From a virus (lineage: Duplodnaviria; Caudoviricetes), in IMG/VR virus record IMGVR_UViG_2974796443_000001, positions 1 through 64,000 of that record: a stretch of 64,000 nucleotides of DNA; one strand, given 5' to 3'. Shown here piece after piece: positions 58,403-64,000 of this stretch (the stretch's first letter is position 1; every line of letters starts with the position of its first letter). The notes below the pieces were generated by a model, which had not been told where the DNA came from, made no database searches, and worked only from the letters and a program-made list of their open reading frames with translations. Both the position numbers and the translations under genes were made by a program.

Positions 58403-59852
58403 TAAATTACATGGATACGAATGTTTTAGGCAAGTAAGTCTCACTATCCCAAAGACTGTTACAGGCAGACAGAGTGACGAGGAAAGGATAATACCTACTA
58501 AGTACCTACCTGATGCTCTAGTCTTTAGGACTGACCTTAATATGATTAACGAAGTCAGCTTCAGTATGTATGTTGACTTCTATTCAATATCTATTGAGGA
58601 TTTAGAAGGAACTCTTAAACCTGAGATACCCACTTCAGAACCATTCTATCCTCTTATTGATCCTAGTCTTGCTGGAGTACTTAGGTGCACTATATCATGT
58701 GGCTATGTAGAAAACCCAAATTTAGGTAAGTACTTCCGAGGATATCTAAAATCCTTAACTCCAAGTTTTGCTCCTGATGGTAGACTTATGGTTAGCTATA
58801 CATTCCAAGATAATGGATTTGATATGGTTAAGAGAGTAGTAACTGATTTTACTTATCCTGCAATAAGGGAGAATATTTCAGATTTAGATGACCATGCTCA
58901 AAGACAGATAACTGAATTCACTCCTGAGTTTAAAGGAACTGAAGATGATTTCAAGAATGCTAAGTCCTCAGCTACTAAGACTTCCAATGTTCTTGATCAG
59001 ACTTATAGAAGACCTTGGGCGGTTAGTAAGAAAGCTGATTTCACAATAACCTTATATGATATATTTTACAATATTATAGACTCTTACGGATTCACTCCTG
59101 ACTTAGACGTCCAGTTGAAAGACATAGTAGCTAGTCATAAGAATCCAATTAAACAGCAAGGAGTTACTGATTGGTTATTTATTAGTTCCCAATCTGAGAA
59201 ATACGGATTTTATGTAACTAGGCAAATTACATCAACTGGTATGACTATTAAAGTAGAGTCACTTGCTGATTCGGAGAAATCTAACTTTGATAACTCAATC
59301 AAGTTCAGAGTCTTACGTCCAGGTCAGAACCTTGTTGATTACAATCCTCTAGTGAATAAGAAGTTTATTATCAAAGACCTTAATATAGATGTCTCAACTA
59401 GTGGTTTCTATTCTCCATTAATCAAAACCTTTCTTAATGAAGAGGGTGAGACTATTGTTGCAGTAAGAGGTAAGGATAAGAAAACTGAGTATACAAATTA
59501 TAAAATAAATCAAGAAGCTGTAGCTGCTGCTGTTAATTATGATCCTGAACGATCTTATATTCTTGAGATCATTAAAGGTAAGATGACTATTGACGATGCT
59601 ATTGCTGAAGGATTCATTTCGAGAGAGGTTGAGTCTGATAGTAACGAAGATGATACAGATAAAGCTTATAGCTCTTATGTTCCATTAGGTTGGACGGCTA
59701 ACTTTGCTAGTGAGGGTAATCCTTACTCAGTAATAGGAAATTGGTATATAATAGAAGGACTAGGAGCAAACTTCCTTAGACCCATTCAATTAATAAGTGT
59801 TGAAGACACGTTTTCACATAGGTGGGTGACTACTTATGAGCTTAAAAACTAA
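58395..59852 (+). CDS. baseplate hub protein
   Basis: Position; GY, F.G.L, Q...TDW.FI, GNP, IEGLG. Confidence 0.7.
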   Translation: MANKLHGYECFRQVSLTIPKTVTGRQSDEERIIPTKYLPDALVFRTDLNMINEVSFSMYVDFYSISIEDLEGTLKPEIPTSEPFYPLIDPSLAGVLRCTISCGYVENPNLGKYFRGYLKSLTPSFAPDGRLMVSYTFQDNGFDMVKRVVTDFTYPAIRENISDLDDHAQRQITEFTPEFKGTEDDFKNAKSSATKTSNVLDQTYRRPWAVSKKADFTITLYDIFYNIIDSYGFTPDLDVQLKDIVASHKNPIKQQGVTDWLFISSQSEKYGFYVTRQITSTGMTIKVESLADSEKSNFDNSIKFRVLRPGQNLVDYNPLVNKKFIIKDLNIDVSTSGFYSPLIKTFLNEEGETIVAVRGKDKKTEYTNYKINQEAVAAAVNYDPERSYILEIIKGKMTIDDAIAEGFISREVESDSNEDDTDKAYSSYVPLGWTANFASEGNPYSVIGNWYIIEGLGANFLRPIQLISVEDTFSHRWVTTYELKN

Positions 59853-59894
59853 CAATTTCCGAAAATAAAATAATACCCGACGGAAAAGGGCTCA

Positions 59895-59990
59895 AATAAA
59901 GTGTTTAAGACGGTTTTCCGACGTTTTAAAGACTGTTAATTAAATTTTGGGGCAAAGCTGAGGGGCGAACTAATTAAATCCTAAGACACT
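59895..59990. repeat. dispersed intergenic element
   Basis: GTTTTAAAGACTGTT arm plus TTTGGGGCAAAGCT (59946). Confidence 0.8.
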
Positions 59991-60737
59991 GTGAAAAAAG
60001 GTGGTACATTTTATGCTAGAATTGCTTTAGATGATCTTGACTTCGAAGATGTGGAGATGACTGGTGATATTCCAGTAATAGTTGGCAGTGAGGTTGTATT
60101 GGCAAGAAGTCTAAATGATGCTTTTACATTTAAAGTTCCAACCAAAGAATTTTTTCTTAAATACAAAAGTGATCTTCGAGTTGTTGTTGAGAGAGCTCAT
60201 GATACAGATAATAGGCTTTGGTGGAAAGGATTTAAATTGAATCATAAACATTCAATAGAAGAAATTAAATCTGATTACCCATATGTTGATCTAATTTATT
60301 TCAATGAAGAGTTCACTAATAGTTGTAATTCTAAAGTAGGAAGTAGATATTATCAGATAAAACATACTGACGGAACTTTTATTAGGATTTCACCTGACGA
60401 AGAATTGATTCACCTTTTTAATAAAGAAACCAATCAGTCAGTTAAGATTCACACTAAAACAAGTGTAGGTGATGAGGATGCAACTAAGCAACCTGCCGTT
60501 TTAGGAGATGAAGCTGTTTCTCTAATGAATTCGTTCTTAGATGAAATGTCTGAGTTTGCTGAAAAGATTAATGAGTTCTGTACTCTGCAAGAATCTGTTT
60601 CTACAGGGTACTTATCTCCTTACCGAGCGGGTTTTGCTACTTTGAGAACTCAATCAGATGCAATTAAGACTGCAGTTGATAATATAAAGTCAACTAAAGT
60701 AAATCCAATTTTAAGTAATTCTGTAATACTAGACTAA
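59991..60737 (+). CDS. baseplate spike (gp5/gpV-like)
   Basis: Position; HTDGTFIRI beta repeats; QPAVLGD. Confidence 0.6.
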   Translation: MKKGGTFYARIALDDLDFEDVEMTGDIPVIVGSEVVLARSLNDAFTFKVPTKEFFLKYKSDLRVVVERAHDTDNRLWWKGFKLNHKHSIEEIKSDYPYVDLIYFNEEFTNSCNSKVGSRYYQIKHTDGTFIRISPDEELIHLFNKETNQSVKIHTKTSVGDEDATKQPAVLGDEAVSLMNSFLDEMSEFAEKINEFCTLQESVSTGYLSPYRAGFATLRTQSDAIKTAVDNIKSTKVNPILSNSVILD

Positions 60738-61096
60738 TGGCAAAACGAGTAACTGCATATCCTTTAGAAATAAGAAATGGAAGAACCTTGATCTCTGATG
60801 ATCCAGGATCGGAACTTGATCTTCTTCTTGACTATCCTGTTAAGAGAAGAACTTTAGATGTTAATTACGGTGTGAGTATGGCTCAGTACCAGCAATTGTC
60901 ATTTAACGAAATAGAAAGACGAGCTCCTCTAATCTTAGTTGAGCTTAGGAATAAATTCCTTAGGTATATTAAGAATACTAGCCTTACTAAAGTGAATATA
61001 TTCAAAGAGAAGAAATCTAGGTACTTCAGTGTAGAAGCCTACTATAAAATTAATCAGTCTGTCGCTAGTACAGTTAAAAACATAGGAAATGAGTAA
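60737..61096 (+). CDS. baseplate wedge protein (gp25-like)
   Basis: YPL...R.L..NYG; size and position. Confidence 0.7.
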   Translation: MAKRVTAYPLEIRNGRTLISDDPGSELDLLLDYPVKRRTLDVNYGVSMAQYQQLSFNEIERRAPLILVELRNKFLRYIKNTSLTKVNIFKEKKSRYFSVEAYYKINQSVASTVKNIGNE

Positions 61097-62588
61097 GAAC
61101 ACTTTAGTTGGAGTTATTAATATCGACAGAGACACTATGTTTCAACGTGCGGTTGATATTAAGAACTTATACCCGAATTTAATAGATTGGGATATTGAAA
61201 ATGATAACGATGCTCTTCGAGTTATCCTTGATGCTTATTATTTAGGTATTGAAGATTTAGGAAAGTTTGCTAATAACTTAGCTCAAGAGTTTTCAATGGC
61301 ATCTGCTATTACGAGAACTTCCGTTGAGGAGAAAGCTTTCTTAGCTGGATATAATGTTACTAGACGAGCTTGTGCAGTAGGAGTCCTTACTATAAACTTT
61401 GATACAGGGATATCTACAGTAATACCAGCTTATGGTTTGGTTCTATCAGGAGACGGAGTTGACGGTAGTAAAATATTTGTTGAGAATGTTAATCCTATTA
61501 CTTTAGCTCCAGCGGACACTAGCTTAGAAATAGAAGTTGCTGAAGGTAGATCAAAAACAATAACATATAAAGCTAAGGGGCTTGTTAGAGAAAGCTTCCT
61601 AATTCAGGATAAAGTAATTGATTCTACCATTGTTTTAACAGTTAACTCTACTGAGTGGAGTCAAGTCTATAAAATAACAGGTGAGTCTTTATCTACGGAT
61701 ACTCACTACCAGCTTAGGGAAGTTGGAGATAATAATTACACTATAGTAGTAGGTGATGGAGTGAACGGGGCTTTGTTAGAAGAGTCTGCTATTGTTGAAA
61801 TATCTTACAGAGTTGGTCAAGGGACTAATGGTAATATACCGGTAACTAACATAGACAGAATAGAATTAACACCTAGCGCTAGAATAATTGGAATCCAAGA
61901 TACTGAAGACGAATTAGTAGGAGGAACTGATTTAGAGTCAATTGAGAAGATTAAAGCTTACGCTCCTAGAAGAGCTAGAATCCAAAACACTATAGGTAAC
62001 AAGTTTGATATGGATATATTCTTACAAACGTATCCTGGAATTGGACGAGCTAGAAGTTTTCCTCTAGGGGTTAATACTATTAAATCGTACATACTTCTTA
62101 CCTCTGGTTCAGTTACTGAAACCTTTTTAAATAATTTAAACGCAGTTATTAATTCAGGGATTCTTATATTCAACTTAACTTCGGTAGTTGAGGAGGTAGA
62201 GAAAGTAACAGTAGACATAGGTCTAGATATTATATATCGAAATAATTATAATGAGAAAGATTTGGAGGAGACTATTAAACAAACTGTTCTTGAAATACTT
62301 AATCCTTTTTACGTTGATGGAGATGACGAGTATAGTCGAGAGTTTGGTTCTGACTTGTTATCCTCTGATATTATTGCAGCTGTTGAGGGTATTGCAGGAG
62401 TTGTTTCAGTAGCAATTACTTCGCCTACCCCAGTTTCAGCTCAAGTGTTAATAGAAGTAGATGAGAATCAAGTTATTGTAGATGATGGAAGTACTGTCTC
62501 AGTAACTATGAACTCAATTGAGAATACGAGCCTTAAGACAAGTAGAAATGATAAGTACTTATTTAATAACCCAACTTCAAATAGCTAA
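61089..62588 (+). CDS. baseplate J / gp6-like wedge protein
   Basis: A..R.SV...A...GY; GDGVNG; YRVG.G..GN; GG.D.ESIE.IK..AP. Confidence 0.88.
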   Translation: MSKNTLVGVINIDRDTMFQRAVDIKNLYPNLIDWDIENDNDALRVILDAYYLGIEDLGKFANNLAQEFSMASAITRTSVEEKAFLAGYNVTRRACAVGVLTINFDTGISTVIPAYGLVLSGDGVDGSKIFVENVNPITLAPADTSLEIEVAEGRSKTITYKAKGLVRESFLIQDKVIDSTIVLTVNSTEWSQVYKITGESLSTDTHYQLREVGDNNYTIVVGDGVNGALLEESAIVEISYRVGQGTNGNIPVTNIDRIELTPSARIIGIQDTEDELVGGTDLESIEKIKAYAPRRARIQNTIGNKFDMDIFLQTYPGIGRARSFPLGVNTIKSYILLTSGSVTETFLNNLNAVINSGILIFNLTSVVEEVEKVTVDIGLDIIYRNNYNEKDLEETIKQTVLEILNPFYVDGDDEYSREFGSDLLSSDIIAAVEGIAGVVSVAITSPTPVSAQVLIEVDENQVIVDDGSTVSVTMNSIENTSLKTSRNDKYLFNNPTSNS

Positions 62589-63631
62589 TGCATTTACCGT
62601 CTAGAGAAATACCGAGAGTAGTAAGGGAATCAAATTCTGTATTTATAGATATAACTGATTTCTTTGATAAACTACATGTTGAGTTTCCATATAAAGATAT
62701 TCAAAATCTATATGATCTTCTTAGTTACAAGTCTTGTGATAATAAGTACCTAGATTTCTTCTTATATGATTTAGGGTTATCTACGTCTCAAGCCCTCACT
62801 CCAGCGATGAAAAGGTGTATAATAGGGAAATGGGATGTTATTCAAGCTCAGCGATTCAGCACCCTAGGATTAGAAGCTTATCTTGGCTGTATGCTAGCGG
62901 GGCTTTCTATTGACTTCATTGGGTCTGCTCCTAAGAACTTTATCCAACCAAATCTAACTACTAACTCGTTTGGTAATTCTGAAATGGTTGCAACTGCAGG
63001 TCTAGCTTATGACCAAACAACTTACATATACTCACCTGCATATAGGGAAGAATCCTTTCTTAGTATTAAATACGACGACTCAGCTGAAATAACTTTTGAT
63101 CTTCTAAATTATATAAACAGTCTATTGGAATTGGAATTACCTTTAAGGGGAGTTCAGCAAATTTGGACTTGGACGTTTCTTAGATCACTAGCAGATACTT
63201 ATACGGTAGATGATAACAAACTTACTTTTGATACTACTGATGTTGATTCTTACTATAATAGGACTGATGCGGATATAGAATCAATTGATGGTAATAAACT
63301 TACTATTTCAGGAAATCTGATAGATATTAGCAAAATTCTGTTAAATCATCATATAAAGGTAAATGGTAACTCTGGGTCAGATAGTATAGTGCGAGTAGAC
63401 CAAATTGTTTATATAGCAAATAGGGATGAAACCGAGATCATATTAGATGTAGGTGGATTTGACCCAACTGCCCTAACTATTACTTATATCTCACGTCCGT
63501 ATCTATTCCTAGACGAGACTAGGTATTTAATTATAGATATAGAAAATACCGATACCTTAGTTCTGAGCGAGGATATAGTTGAACCTTTCGATGATATTTA
63601 TTTAACTGATAACATTTATTATAACAATTAA
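62588..63631 (+). CDS. baseplate wedge (gp7/tail I-like)
   Basis: Follows J; CD.KYLD.L..LG motif. Confidence 0.6.
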   Translation: MHLPSREIPRVVRESNSVFIDITDFFDKLHVEFPYKDIQNLYDLLSYKSCDNKYLDFFLYDLGLSTSQALTPAMKRCIIGKWDVIQAQRFSTLGLEAYLGCMLAGLSIDFIGSAPKNFIQPNLTTNSFGNSEMVATAGLAYDQTTYIYSPAYREESFLSIKYDDSAEITFDLLNYINSLLELELPLRGVQQIWTWTFLRSLADTYTVDDNKLTFDTTDVDSYYNRTDADIESIDGNKLTISGNLIDISKILLNHHIKVNGNSGSDSIVRVDQIVYIANRDETEIILDVGGFDPTALTITYISRPYLFLDETRYLIIDIENTDTLVLSEDIVEPFDDIYLTDNIYYNN

Positions 63632-63633
63632 TT

Positions 63634-64000
63634 ATGGCAACACCTTATGAACCAGTAAGATATAAGATAGGAGATTCAGTTCTGTTCCTAGAATTCTTAC
63701 CAGTACCCAATTTATTTTTTGACGGTGACTACAACACTAATAGTTGGTTAGTCTGGAACTTCGTCGGTGACTTCTTCGCTAGAACTTTTGGAGCTGTTCG
63801 TGGTAATGGATTCGCAGTTTCAGTTAGCGGGTCTAATATTACTATACAGAACGGAAGATTCTGGTATAAGTACTTTGTTCTAAAACAGTCTACTAATGTG
63901 ACTCTAACTGGAGAACGAACTCCAAATGCGCTAGAGTATCTGTATGTTAAACTAGAATTAAAGAGAAATACAATAGCAGATGATCCAGCTGAGCAAGACC
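63634..64000 (+). CDS. baseplate/tail protein, truncated by the window end
   Basis: ATG 63634, frame open to the end of the window. Confidence 0.6.
   Translation, partial: MATPYEPVRYKIGDSVLFLEFLPVPNLFFDGDYNTNSWLVWNFVGDFFARTFGAVRGNGFAVSVSGSNITIQNGRFWYKYFVLKQSTNVTLTGERTPNALEYLYVKLELKRNTIADDPAEQD

Noticed and set aside
341-62218. All minus-strand ORFs in the track
   Set aside because: Short and antisense to well-supported + strand genes, with no recognisable motifs
1-64000. Stop-codon reassignment
   Set aside because: Long conserved genes are intact in code 11, and TAA, TAG and TGA all end genes at sensible positions
1-64000. tRNA genes, integrase, reverse transcriptase/DGR
   Set aside because: No cloverleaf/T-loop signatures, recombinase or RT motifs seen by eye; tRNAscan was not run
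1-64000. Naming the phage taxon (for example a Maribacter myovirus group)
   Set aside because: Gene content is suggestive but cannot be verified without a database search

Overview
64-kb segment of a large, AT-rich lytic myovirus. All credible genes are on the + strand and read in the standard code. The host is very probably Bacteroidota (Flavobacteriaceae): the promoters fit the -33/-7 TTTG pattern, initiation regions are A-rich without Shine-Dalgarno sites, and the window encodes OmpA, BACON and lipoprotein genes. About 1-30 kb is accessory and metabolic: envelope proteins, two nucleotidyltransferases, Nudix, orphan OmpR-type winged helices, a methyltransferase, a MazG-like enzyme, class I RNR nrdB/nrdA, a sugar epimerase and a GIY-YIG nuclease. 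About 30-64 kb is morphogenesis: two tail-fibre modules, lysis cassette, terminase, T4-like portal/protease/capsid, neck, sheath, tube, chaperone with a -1 frameshift, tape measure with a GH19 domain, and baseplate. Best leads: (1) an ETR1 ethylene-receptor-like CxxxH membrane domain, with no kinase, inside the lysis cassette; (2) a shared ~25-aa 'KxL(I/V)ES...(L/I/V)TE' tag on at least 10 unrelated proteins, resembling a capsid-targeting leader with a prohead-protease site; (3) a dispersed intergenic element (GC-rich pseudo-palindromic core plus helically phased TAAA arms) every ~4-12 kb. All protein-family calls come from reading motifs by eye; no database searches were run.
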